This document shows, one piece after another, positions 7,994 to 17,210 of a stretch of DNA of 64,000 bases (positions are counted from its first letter, which is position 1; each line of letters begins with the position of its first letter). Position numbers and translations under genes: made by a program. Under the pieces are notes generated by a model. That model did no database searches. It had not been told where the DNA came from and was given only the letters and a program-made list of their open reading frames with translations. The stretch spans positions 3,749-67,748 of the forward strand of contig CAZNAO010000001.1 of assembly GCA_964571295.1 (NCBI GenBank), given 5' to 3'. The stretch is from an uncultured Gammaproteobacteria bacterium (GTDB taxonomy: Bacteria; Patescibacteriota; Patescibacteriia; Magasanikbacterales; UBA922).

Positions 7994-9202
7994 TTAAAAT
8001 GGAAGTAGACTCGACTGAATTCCAATCGCTTTTACCACAAATCCAATAAGGATATACGCAGAAAAAGTAATAATAAGTCCCAAGGTTGCCGCTACCAAGA
8101 TTTGCTTCCCCTGTCCCACTTTTTCCGCATTTCCAAATGACATGATCATGGTGATCCCGCCATACACGAAGAAGACAAAAGCGAGTCCTGCAATCACGGA
8201 GAAAAGCCACTCTGCCACCTTTACCCCCAACTCAACCAGGTCTTCTACATTTCGACATGACCCATCCCATGCACAGTCCGGAAGTGGACCATTGTAATTT
8301 GCAGGTTTTTGATGTGTACTTGATATCCACGCATCTATTGCCTCGGAAGTATTCACCTGCACGATCCTGTCTACACATTTTTCATTATCCCCTATCTTAC
8401 AGTGCAGCACTTTAGTACATGTATTTGGATCCAACTCACTACATTTGGTTGTATTATCTGACTTAGAGATGCATTTTGCACCTGTCTGCCACCACAGACA
8501 CGCCGCATCCGCATTACACTGCTCTACATTTGCTCCGTATTTACTTTGACAAGCTGTATTGGTCGGCGGATAATCATTGTTACCCGCTATTTTCATGAAA
8601 TAGACAAACACTTCATCCGGATTCTGGTCCAATTCACAAAACCAGTATCTGGTACGAAATAACTCGTCATCTCCCTCAATTGCGCTTTCTTGTGCAAAAT
8701 GATATTTGGTTACCAAATCATCTGGCTCATTGTCAGGATATGCACCGCTATTACAGCCGCGATCTGCGCTATTATTCCCTTCAAAAATCCACTCACCATT
8801 TTCTTCACCCGGACTCATTCTGAATTGTCTGATCACATCCTCATCACCCCATTCTGGACTTATGATTTTATTTCCCGTGACATTGACCCCATTGATGAGA
8901 TCTGTCCACTCCGCCCATGTTTTATCTTTTGCCACGGTTACACAAAAAAATTCACCTCGGTTATCTTTGGGATGGTGTGTCTGATAATCAAAATCCTCAT
9001 TAGTCTGATGACTTCCATTAAATTTTTCTCCATTTGGGCGAGTTATCTTAAAAATGGCAATTTGTTGATTTTCATTCGGTGCTACCGGACATTTGAATCC
9101 TTTTAAATCCACAGGATATTCAGCTGCTACGGCACTTCCTGTCCATGCACCAAATGCGAGAAGTAGTGCGATAATATATATGTTGACTTTTCTATATCTC
9201 AT
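7994..9202 (-). CDS. large TrbC/VirB2-type pilin-like fusion: unknown ~300-aa N-terminal ectodomain plus C-terminal pilin core, paralog 10
   Basis: Signal peptide and a long Cys-containing extracellular region, with C-terminal core WLFSVIAGLAFVFFVYGGITMIMSFGNAEKVGQGKQILVAATLGLIITFSAYILIGFV. The N-terminal domain is paralogous to that of 10695..11738 (YPVDLKGFKCPVAPNENQQIAIFK vs YTVNLGDFKCPQAPENNRKIAIFK). Confidence 0.7.
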   Translation of the reverse strand: MRYRKVNIYIIALLLAFGAWTGSAVAAEYPVDLKGFKCPVAPNENQQIAIFKITRPNGEKFNGSHQTNEDFDYQTHHPKDNRGEFFCVTVAKDKTWAEWTDLINGVNVTGNKIISPEWGDEDVIRQFRMSPGEENGEWIFEGNNSADRGCNSGAYPDNEPDDLVTKYHFAQESAIEGDDELFRTRYWFCELDQNPDEVFVYFMKIAGNNDYPPTNTACQSKYGANVEQCNADAACLWWQTGAKCISKSDNTTKCSELDPNTCTKVLHCKIGDNEKCVDRIVQVNTSEAIDAWISSTHQKPANYNGPLPDCAWDGSCRNVEDLVELGVKVAEWLFSVIAGLAFVFFVYGGITMIMSFGNAEKVGQGKQILVAATLGLIITFSAYILIGFVVKAIGIQSSLLPF

Positions 9203-9210
9203 ATATCAAA

Positions 9211-10596
9211 TCAATAGGTTTGCTGAATTTTTGCCGCCGTATTTATGATTACCGACTTATCTTTTCTCAGTGTTTCTTCCGGAGTATTTCCCTGTCTCAG
9301 AAACTCGGTTATCATATCTTTCAATGCAGTGGTCGCCACATCCACTTCTCGTCCTCGATACCAATTTTCTGCAAAGAGTGCCTGTGTCGCAAATGGACCC
9401 AGTGTTTCATTCTCCTGTTGTGCCGTAATCTGTTCCCGATACGGACTTGGCCTGAATGTGGCAGTCACGTATTGCTGCACTTTTTCTTTCGAGGTAATAA
9501 AATTCACGAAGCCCCATGCCTCATTCTGATTCTGGGATTTTTTCACGACTGATTCCACCCAATAATTGGCAACGTTTACCGGTGTTTCCGGATTGAGTTG
9601 TGGAATAGTTGCAATCTTGATCGCGAGCTGTGGAGCGCGCGCTTGCAATCTCGGATAATCATACGCGAATCCAAGGAAAAATGCCGTGCGACCTCTCACG
9701 AATTCGTCAAACGCATTTTGCATACGATCATTCCAGCTATACCGATCTGCGGTCGCTCGTGCGAAACCGGTATAGAAATCGAGCGCTCGGATGGTCGAGT
9801 GTGTCCGACTCTGATCTCGATCAACTCCAGAGGCAAATGCTACCGTATCCCCGTCTGTCACTTTTGACCCACTTTGAAGCATGAGTAGTGCAACAATGTC
9901 TGCAAAATTATCGATATTATTCGATGTGCCCATCGCGACTCCCGATTGGATTATATCGAGCGTAGCACTGAATTTCGTCGTCTGTTGCACCGCACGTACA
10001 AACTCATCCCAGGTCTTTGGAGCTTCCGCAATACCCGAGCGATCAAGAATCGTCTGATTGTAGAACAATGCAAGCGAATCAAGGGCCATCGGAAGGCCGA
10101 AAATACCTTCATTGATAATGATATCTTTTGCGACCGTCTGGACATACTGATTTCGAATGTCACGTTCCCGGGGAAGTGATACCGTATCCACCACCACTTC
10201 CTGCTCTTTGGTATATTGATTCTTGGTTATCAGACGTGGTAATTGTACCGATGCAGGTGCCGCAGCAAGTCTGCTTTCATTCTTCCTAAGCCACCGAACA
10301 TGCATCGATACGATATCCGGACCCACATCATCCGCAAGCGCATTGGTGAACAATGAATCGAATTCTTCATACCGTACTTGTCGAATATTGATCGTTACAT
10401 GCGGATAACGCGCTGAATACTCCACTGCATACGCTCGCAATTGTTCGACATCTCCGTAGACCGTCCAATAATTCAAAGTGATCGGACGGAGTGATGCCCG
10501 CTCTTCCTGATTCAATCCTTTACAACCAAAACCACTGAATATCAAAAGAACACTCAACACTCCCAAGGATAGTAGCGATGTAACTTTTTTCCTCAT
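9211..10596 (-). CDS. ABC-transporter extracellular solute-binding lipoprotein (family-1 SBP, sugar-type)
   Basis: Signal peptide with lipobox LIFSGFGC and a 461-aa periplasmic-binding-protein-like product. It lies between the two large pilin-fusion paralogs. Confidence 0.65.
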   Translation of the reverse strand: MRKKVTSLLSLGVLSVLLIFSGFGCKGLNQEERASLRPITLNYWTVYGDVEQLRAYAVEYSARYPHVTINIRQVRYEEFDSLFTNALADDVGPDIVSMHVRWLRKNESRLAAAPASVQLPRLITKNQYTKEQEVVVDTVSLPRERDIRNQYVQTVAKDIIINEGIFGLPMALDSLALFYNQTILDRSGIAEAPKTWDEFVRAVQQTTKFSATLDIIQSGVAMGTSNNIDNFADIVALLMLQSGSKVTDGDTVAFASGVDRDQSRTHSTIRALDFYTGFARATADRYSWNDRMQNAFDEFVRGRTAFFLGFAYDYPRLQARAPQLAIKIATIPQLNPETPVNVANYWVESVVKKSQNQNEAWGFVNFITSKEKVQQYVTATFRPSPYREQITAQQENETLGPFATQALFAENWYRGREVDVATTALKDMITEFLRQGNTPEETLRKDKSVIINTAAKIQQTY

Positions 10597-10611
10597 AACA
10601 TTCCATCTTAA

Positions 10612-10685
10612 GTCGAAAGTCTGTAAAGTCGAAAGTCTGTAAAGTAATTGGTGTTTTGGTTTATGGACTTTAAGACTTTACGGAC
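10612..10685. repeat. intergenic repeat: perfect tandem 16-mer GTCGAAAGTCTGTAAA x2 (10612-10643) plus the inverted, related GGACTTTAAGACTTTACGGAC (10665-10685)
   Basis: Read directly from the sequence. Related motifs occur at 12634-12694 and 31099-31170. Confidence 0.8.
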
Positions 10686-10694
10686 GTTATAGGC

Positions 10695-11738
10695 TCATTT
10701 AAATATTTCAAATATAAATCCTACCAGTGCGTAACTTGCAAAAATAAGCGCTACCCCCAGGGTCGCCCACACTATCGTATTTTGCGCTTTCGTCTGAGTT
10801 TCCGAATTTCCCCGGGCGGTCATCCACAATACTCCACCATAAATGATCATTATGAGTGCAATGGTACCGATTATCCCAAGCACCCCTCGAATGAGCATTC
10901 CCACAAACTGAGAAAGATCTGTCGTCTGAAGCAGATTCAATCTCCGGGCATATTCGGATAGATTACTTGTTCCACCCGTACTTGAACTCGTATTTCCTCC
11001 TGAATTTGAAGAAGGTGTCGAAGACGCGGAGGGGTCATCTGGCGCAGGATAGTCTTCTTTCTCCGCAATTTTCATAAAATACACAAAAGCCTGTTCAACC
11101 CCATGACCTTCATCACTGGGAATGCCGTAAAAATAAAATCTTACTCGCGGAGCAAGATTTGCCTCCTGCTCCGAAAGAGGTCCACACCCATACAAAAACG
11201 TAGGCAAACATGTTTGGGCAAAATGATACATTACATCGTTATCGTCCGGTTCATCATTGGCATCTGAGGATCCCATCACCTCGTTCCAACCATAACCAGT
11301 TCCGTCTGCTTGTCGTTCATCCTTCCACTCGTCGTCTACATAAAATTGTCTAATCACATCTTCATTTCCCCATTCAGTAGGAACTAGTTTTTGCCCCACA
11401 ATATCAACCCCCTGGGTCAGATCATTCCATGTCGCTGAGTTTCGATTCTTATCTACCGTTATGCAGAAAAATCGCCCGGAGTCGAGTTTCGGCTGATGTT
11501 CTACTGTATTATAATGCTCTGTCTCTTCTCCATCATCATCAAACTCTGTCGCACCATTGGCCACATCCGGGATAACCAATTTGAAAATCGCTATTTTTCT
11601 GTTGTTCTCCGGAGCCTGCGGACATTTAAAATCACCAAGATTGACTGTATACGGCTCTGTTGCGGCCACACTTCCCGTCCACGCACACCACAACATCATG
11701 GTTGCCGCGATATATGAATAAACTGCCGTTTTGGTCAT
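10695..11738 (-). CDS. large TrbC/VirB2-type pilin-like fusion with the shared N-terminal ectodomain, paralog 11
   Basis: Paralog of 7994..9202 across the N-terminal domain (GRFFCITVDKNRNSATWNDLTQGVDIVGQKLVPTEWGNEDVIRQF vs GEFFCVTVAKDKTWAEWTDLINGVNVTGNKIISPEWGDEDVIRQF). Ser/Thr/Gly-rich linker, then core VLGIIGTIALIMIIYGGVLWMTARGNSETQTKAQNTIVWATLGVALIFASYALVGFI. Confidence 0.7.
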   Translation of the reverse strand: MTKTAVYSYIAATMMLWCAWTGSVAATEPYTVNLGDFKCPQAPENNRKIAIFKLVIPDVANGATEFDDDGEETEHYNTVEHQPKLDSGRFFCITVDKNRNSATWNDLTQGVDIVGQKLVPTEWGNEDVIRQFYVDDEWKDERQADGTGYGWNEVMGSSDANDEPDDNDVMYHFAQTCLPTFLYGCGPLSEQEANLAPRVRFYFYGIPSDEGHGVEQAFVYFMKIAEKEDYPAPDDPSASSTPSSNSGGNTSSSTGGTSNLSEYARRLNLLQTTDLSQFVGMLIRGVLGIIGTIALIMIIYGGVLWMTARGNSETQTKAQNTIVWATLGVALIFASYALVGFIFEIFK

Positions 11739-11753
11739 ATGCGGTATTACAAC

Positions 11754-12596
11754 TTATAGTAGGCCTTCCTTTTTTGCAAAATGAATTGCAGTCTTCAATA
11801 ATGCCAGTTTGTTTCCGGTATCAAAATATTCCCCTTCGTATTCGTATGCGAAAAATTTCTTTTTCTTGGCGAGCGTGTGTGCCGCATCTGCAAGCCATAT
11901 TTCCCCATCTTTGCCCGTACCTTGCTCCTGCAAGATATTCCATATGTCCGAGGTCAAAATATAGCGCATCCCTCCCACAATAAGACCATATGGTGACACA
12001 TGTTCTAGAGCAGGTTTTTCTTTGAACTCAGTGACGCGATAGAGCCCGCCACCCAGAGGTTTTCCATACACATTTCCATATTTACGCATTTCCTCTTTGT
12101 TTCCTATTTTTTGCACTCCAATAATTGAAGCTTTTTTCTTGTAAAAGATGTCGAGAAGCTGAGCTATTACCGGAGTTTTCGCATCAATGATGCTATCTCC
12201 ATCTGAAAACGCAAACGGCTCATCGCCTATAAATTCTCTCGCACAAAGAAGCGCATGTCCATTCCCTAGCGGTTCTGGCTGTCTGGTGTAGAAAAATCGC
12301 ACTTTTTTATTTAATTCGATCAATGATTGAACTCGGTCGAGTTTTCCCTGCCGTTCTAGATATGCCTCATAATCAGGATCGCGATCAAAATGATCTTCGA
12401 TAGCACGTTTCTGAGAACTGGTCACAAAAATGATTTCCGTTATGCCGCTCGCCGCCATTTCTTCGACAATATACTGGACGACCGGCTTATCGAGTACTGG
12501 TAACATCTCTTTCGGCATGGCTTTGGTTGCTGGAAGAAAACGAGTTCCAAGCCCCGCGACAGTAATAACACCTTTTTTGACACGAATATTCTTCAT
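11754..12596 (-). CDS. galU: UTP--glucose-1-phosphate uridylyltransferase
   Basis: N-terminal VITVAGLGTRFLPATKAMPKEMLPVLDKPVVQYIVEE is the GalU nucleotide-binding signature. Confidence 0.85.
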   Translation of the reverse strand: MKNIRVKKGVITVAGLGTRFLPATKAMPKEMLPVLDKPVVQYIVEEMAASGITEIIFVTSSQKRAIEDHFDRDPDYEAYLERQGKLDRVQSLIELNKKVRFFYTRQPEPLGNGHALLCAREFIGDEPFAFSDGDSIIDAKTPVIAQLLDIFYKKKASIIGVQKIGNKEEMRKYGNVYGKPLGGGLYRVTEFKEKPALEHVSPYGLIVGGMRYILTSDIWNILQEQGTGKDGEIWLADAAHTLAKKKKFFAYEYEGEYFDTGNKLALLKTAIHFAKKEGLL

Positions 12597-12633
12597 AGAA
12601 ATGAATGTAATGGCGATAGTATAACATACCTTA

Positions 12634-12694
12634 GTCGAAAGTCATAACGTCCACAACGTCTAAAGTTCTGTCTATTGACTTTCTACTTTCGGCA
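12634..12694. repeat. intergenic motif cluster related to the 10612 and 31099 repeats (TAGTCGAAAGTCATAACGTCC ... GACTTTCTACTTTCGGC)
   Basis: Read directly. Shares the GTCGAAAGTC, ATAACGTCC and GACTTTC elements. Confidence 0.6.
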
Positions 12695-14101
12695 CTACTG
12701 TACCTCTTCCCAACTGATTAACTCATAGGTCGACCCTGTCGGAAATCCGGGTGGTGGATAATATTTCAAATTTCCATCATATACGTGATTTGTATAGACA
12801 TATCCTGCCACCACAACTCCTTGCGCAGTTACATATTTCCACCCTCCTCCTCGATAGGAAATCTGAGAACCGAAAAACGTAAGGGAATTTTTGAGTGCAA
12901 GTGATTGCCCCGAATAATTGTAGTTCGGCATGTAAATTTGGCCGGTTTGTGAAAGTGCCGCAGCATTGATTTCAAGATTGTTAGGAGCTTTATAGGGAAT
13001 AATAATATCACGCTGCGTGATGATACCTATCACATCATCACTTGATTTTTGATACTGGAGCAGGTTATTAGGTATAAAGACCTGATAATTACCTGCGATC
13101 GGGAAACTACCCGTACCGATCGTTACTCGACCATTTACTGTCCCTTCAACCCACAAGTTTTCTTCGACGAAAATCACGCCATTTGCAGGTAAAGAAAATG
13201 TGCTATTTGACGCATTACCTGAATTGAGTAAACTTTTTGACTTGATATCATAACAACGTCTACGCCATCGTGAATCATCATAGTCATAGAGGTAAAAACA
13301 ATCGGTCGCCGTGACCCGATATACGGTATATTGCGTATTATTGAATATGATTTGATAGCCCTCATCATTACCGAGTGGAGGGAAATACTTTCCCCCAGTT
13401 TGTGCCGCGGTGCGCAGTTCAGAAAGATCTGCAGAGACTGAGCCAAAATCTGCCGCAGGTACCGGAAACTTCCAATAATATTGTGGTCCGCCGTTTCCCC
13501 ATACACCCGGCTTTACCTGTCCATTGTAGTTGTATGTCGTCTTAGCACTTTTTACCCACGAATCAGTAGTACCATCAAATTTAATTCCACCATTTGACAT
13601 CACTTCTCCAAACACTTGTGTCGTGGCACTAAATGACATATCAGCATTTTCAATAAACGCACTATCCGTAAAAGATGGGAAGCCCAATCGAACACGGAGT
13701 GTGCGGTCACTAATACCATTCAACATGGAACCTTGGGATGCTACGGCGATTACCGATGAATTGGGCAAGGGTGAAGAAATAGTGAGAGCGAATGCGCCGA
13801 TCGTGTTATCGTTCTTATCAGAAAAATCATGTATATACGGACCGGGGGAACCGGTACCATCGGTAAAATCAGAGGTATTGTGAGCCAAATGCCATCGATA
13901 ATAATTAATCCCCGCCTCAGCAATATGAAACGCAGCATCTCTTCGATACACAGTCATCGACGTACGATGCTCGAACAATGCATACGCAAGCAATCCTAAT
14001 ACCATCAATACAAATGCAATTGACCCGAATACCATGACGATAAGGAGGGTAGTTCCTCGACTTCGTCGAGAAAGTCTAAAATTTGAAAGTCGTAACATCA
14101 T
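12695..14101 (-). CDS. PilX-like type IV pilus minor pilin/assembly protein (large, single N-terminal TM)
   Basis: Track ORF begins with TTG at 14116; the ATG is at 14101. N-terminus RSRGTTLLIVMVFGSIAFVLMVLGLLAYAL resembles PilX N-domains, with a large C-terminal extracellular part. Lies in the same operon as the prepilin-like genes upstream. Confidence 0.45.
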   Translation of the reverse strand: MMLRLSNFRLSRRSRGTTLLIVMVFGSIAFVLMVLGLLAYALFEHRTSMTVYRRDAAFHIAEAGINYYRWHLAHNTSDFTDGTGSPGPYIHDFSDKNDNTIGAFALTISSPLPNSSVIAVASQGSMLNGISDRTLRVRLGFPSFTDSAFIENADMSFSATTQVFGEVMSNGGIKFDGTTDSWVKSAKTTYNYNGQVKPGVWGNGGPQYYWKFPVPAADFGSVSADLSELRTAAQTGGKYFPPLGNDEGYQIIFNNTQYTVYRVTATDCFYLYDYDDSRWRRRCYDIKSKSLLNSGNASNSTFSLPANGVIFVEENLWVEGTVNGRVTIGTGSFPIAGNYQVFIPNNLLQYQKSSDDVIGIITQRDIIIPYKAPNNLEINAAALSQTGQIYMPNYNYSGQSLALKNSLTFFGSQISYRGGGWKYVTAQGVVVAGYVYTNHVYDGNLKYYPPPGFPTGSTYELISWEEVQ

Positions 14102-14184
14102 AAAAGTAGCACACAAAATTCAGCCGGATTCATTTCAAAATTTTTGTATATTTTTCCATATATATTGTATCTTACACTTTCGGC

Positions 14185-14802
14185 TTAATTGGTTTTTAAG
14201 TTTCGTATCTGCGTAATTGATTCTACGCGAATTGGCACTGGACTCTTACTCTGATCTTTCTCAATCTGAACCATTACCTTTACCATGCGAATATTCGGAA
14301 TGGTAATCGGTGACACCATGGGCGAGCCGGTTCCTGTATATGATTCAGTAAAATACTGAAACGTATCGATTCCTTTTACTGCATTTTCCACATTGTGTAC
14401 GAGCACCGTTACTTGTTCGGTACCTGTATACGCAAGTGGGTTGCCACTTGGTTTCAAAATTCCGCGCCGAAGTTCAGAGCCTTGTATCCAATAGCGTACA
14501 CGCTCTCGGAGCGAATCCTCATCTATATTCGCATATACCGTGAGTGTCGAGGTGGTCGCAGTTGCAATCGGGTATGAACCCACACTTGAACTTTCTGCAG
14601 TACGAACGACATTCGTGATTTCAGTTACGATACGCCTTGCTTCACGTTGCCCATAAAGCTGATCATCAAGAATTTTCTGATCCTTGAAACTGAGCGCAAT
14701 AAACGTTCCTGCGCCCATCAAAATAATCAAGGTAATCCCGATTACAACCGACACTTCAAGCAGTGACATGCCACGGATGCTGTGTCCAACATAGTATTTC
14801 AT
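14185..14802 (-). CDS. type IV prepilin-like protein (minor pilin candidate)
   Basis: N-terminal RG|MSLLEVSVVIGITLIIL is a class III signal with Glu at +5 and Met in place of Phe at +1. Overlaps the upstream gene by 4 nt. Confidence 0.55.
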   Translation of the reverse strand: MKYYVGHSIRGMSLLEVSVVIGITLIILMGAGTFIALSFKDQKILDDQLYGQREARRIVTEITNVVRTAESSSVGSYPIATATTSTLTVYANIDEDSLRERVRYWIQGSELRRGILKPSGNPLAYTGTEQVTVLVHNVENAVKGIDTFQYFTESYTGTGSPMVSPITIPNIRMVKVMVQIEKDQSKSPVPIRVESITQIRNLKTN

Positions 14803-16565
14803 AGTGACATAAGATCAGCAGTGAGTACATGATCTCCCGTAATCTCCAATTCATCTTGAAAAGTTTCGAACCCTTCCGCCTCAATCGTTATCATATATGT
14901 CCCACCAACAAGCCCCCCCACATAGGTCTGCCCCGGCGGTGTACATTCATTCGTATAGATAAACGATATATCAGATACAAGCGGCGTTACTAATGGATTT
15001 GTCGTATCCAGATACACACGATACCTCATGAATTGTTCATCATCATGTATCGATGAAATTGTAATCATGTTATCCGTATAGAACGTCGCTCCTGTCCCGT
15101 CTGGTCCCACAAAATTCCATTCTGCATTACTTGAGGTAGCAGTAGCAATTTGCAATCTGACCGTGGTTGACGCGGGCTGAGTCATTGGATCCCATGACCA
15201 CTGGATATAGCGTGCACGTTCACCAACTTCAATCGTCGATGATTCGAGATATCCACTACTTACATATTGAGTTCCATTTTTCACCAAAGACAAATTACCT
15301 GGACTACTGTAGACATCAATACCTGATCCCGCGCCATATCCGTTTCCACCACCGAAAATTTCGTACCCTTCTCCAAGCGACCAGTCGGTCTGCACAACAC
15401 TTCCCACACCCGTCATTTTTTCAGAAAAAAAATTTTCAGGTCCGGTAATGATCACAGAGGCTCCAGCAATGGGTGCTCCTTGATGACGCGCAAGCACGAT
15501 CAAAGATCGAGGAGTATCCGGACCTACAATTAGGGTTGCATTTTGTGATGAACCAGGTAAAAGCGATATTGGTACATCAGGAATAGTTCCTATGAGATCA
15601 TACCCCGTGACACCCATGCCATATTTATCCCACGACAATGGTAGCGAAAGCACACCTCCAGCACCTGTGCTGTACGTTTCATTTACCAAATATATGTCAG
15701 GATTGGTTCCGATTACTCGAGTCCCTTTAATTGCGAGCTCCACATTCGGGACCTCCACACATTGAACATTTTCTGAAGTAATCTGGAGTGAAGATGTACG
15801 GTCAATTGTCAGGGTCAAATTACTTACCTCTTGCTTCAATACTGAGACAAACGGTGTCACCGGATTCGGATTTGCAGGTGTTGATGAACGTGTATGATCA
15901 AATGTATATCCTGACTTAGTCGCTTCGATCACATATTTTGCGGTACTTGTTGCCAAATCATAGATACGAAGATACCCCTCATTATCGGTCGTATCGAAAA
16001 AATCATATGCAGGGTTGGTAGTTGTATTCACTACATGTACCACCGCCTCTGGTACAGGATCGCCGTATGCATTTATCACACGTACGAACAATGCGCCATT
16101 ATTTGAATTCCCTTCTAGATATTTAGGAGCTACGTAGGTGTACATCGAAAGTTCTTCAACTTGTCCGCATGAAATGCAGCGTACGTCTACCTGCACAAAC
16201 TTATAATCCGCAGGGGCAGTATCTGATGGAGTTCCACCAACCACCCCATCATACGGGTCATCAATATTTCTAATAGTATGTGTTACCTCGAATATCATTC
16301 CGTTCCGATTGGTCGATGTCACTCGATCGAATACACCAACCGGACTCCCATTCTTAATACCCACATTTTCAAATGATGTATTGCGAATGATTTCTATACG
16401 CTCATTTAAAAGAGCGGTTCCAATAATCCGTATACGAGATTGATACACCAGAGAAAAACTGAGTTGCACACTTCCATAAATTCCAACGACAAAGATTACA
16501 AACACGCCGAGTGCCACCACTGCCTCGACCAAGGTAAATCCTCGTGTTCGAATAGGGTTTTTCAT
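14799..16565 (-). CDS. large type IV prepilin-like protein (588 aa)
   Basis: Canonical prepilin leader MKNPIRTRG|FTLVEAVVALGVFVIFVV, followed by a ~550-aa beta-rich extracellular region. Confidence 0.7.
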   Translation of the reverse strand: MKNPIRTRGFTLVEAVVALGVFVIFVVGIYGSVQLSFSLVYQSRIRIIGTALLNERIEIIRNTSFENVGIKNGSPVGVFDRVTSTNRNGMIFEVTHTIRNIDDPYDGVVGGTPSDTAPADYKFVQVDVRCISCGQVEELSMYTYVAPKYLEGNSNNGALFVRVINAYGDPVPEAVVHVVNTTTNPAYDFFDTTDNEGYLRIYDLATSTAKYVIEATKSGYTFDHTRSSTPANPNPVTPFVSVLKQEVSNLTLTIDRTSSLQITSENVQCVEVPNVELAIKGTRVIGTNPDIYLVNETYSTGAGGVLSLPLSWDKYGMGVTGYDLIGTIPDVPISLLPGSSQNATLIVGPDTPRSLIVLARHQGAPIAGASVIITGPENFFSEKMTGVGSVVQTDWSLGEGYEIFGGGNGYGAGSGIDVYSSPGNLSLVKNGTQYVSSGYLESSTIEVGERARYIQWSWDPMTQPASTTVRLQIATATSSNAEWNFVGPDGTGATFYTDNMITISSIHDDEQFMRYRVYLDTTNPLVTPLVSDISFIYTNECTPPGQTYVGGLVGGTYMITIEAEGFETFQDELEITGDHVLTADLMSL

Positions 16566-16574
16566 GTATCAACA

Positions 16575-17051
16575 TTATACGCGACCCGCTAATACGTTCT
16601 CTACTTCGGTAAGTAAATTTTCTACTTGTTTTTGTGTGGTTTTGCGATCACGCCTCTTTTCTTCTTCTCTTTTTAGCATTGAACGTATTTCATCGCTCAT
16701 CGTGGAAAGTTCGTGTTGGTATTCGGTGATTTTTTGAGTCAATCTCTCCACTCGTTTTCTATCCTCGACAATCGATGCCGGATCTACTACCACAGTCTTC
16801 AATTCCAAATCAGCACGCAATTGTGCCAAGGTCACCAGTACCTGTTGCATGTGTACCATAATATTCTGTATTTGCTGATTTCCCTGTTTCACTTCTTTCA
16901 CCAAATATTCCGCTCGCTCCCGTGCTGCAGCCATTTTTACTTCTTCAGTCATTTCTCCATCTTCTTTGGTTTCAACTGATCGTTCGTGTTCATGGTGTGT
17001 AATTTTTTTTCTTGTTCCATATATCGGGATGCATTTTTTGAAGTATAGCAT
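16575..17051 (-). CDS. hypothetical coiled-coil protein
   Basis: Charged, heptad-like sequence (EEVKMAAARERAEYLVKEVKQ...). Start ambiguous (17051 or ATG 16952). No family recognised. Confidence 0.4.
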   Translation of the reverse strand: MLYFKKCIPIYGTRKKITHHEHERSVETKEDGEMTEEVKMAAARERAEYLVKEVKQGNQQIQNIMVHMQQVLVTLAQLRADLELKTVVVDPASIVEDRKRVERLTQKITEYQHELSTMSDEIRSMLKREEEKRRDRKTTQKQVENLLTEVENVLAGRV

Positions 17052-17210
17052 GAATTACATCAAAAGTGGAACATTATAATGTTTAGAAAACAATACAAAA
17101 TACATGGATCAAGATACAAGAGATACACATGATGATCTTTTGTATTTTTCTTTATGGCTCCAATCAAAACAAAAACACCCGGTTTCCCGAGTGTTTTTGT
17201 TTTGATTTTT

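Noticed and set aside
10612-10643. Possible CRISPR array (two identical 16-nt direct repeats)
   Set aside because: There are only two abutting copies, no spacers, a unit far shorter than CRISPR repeats, and no cas genes in the window.
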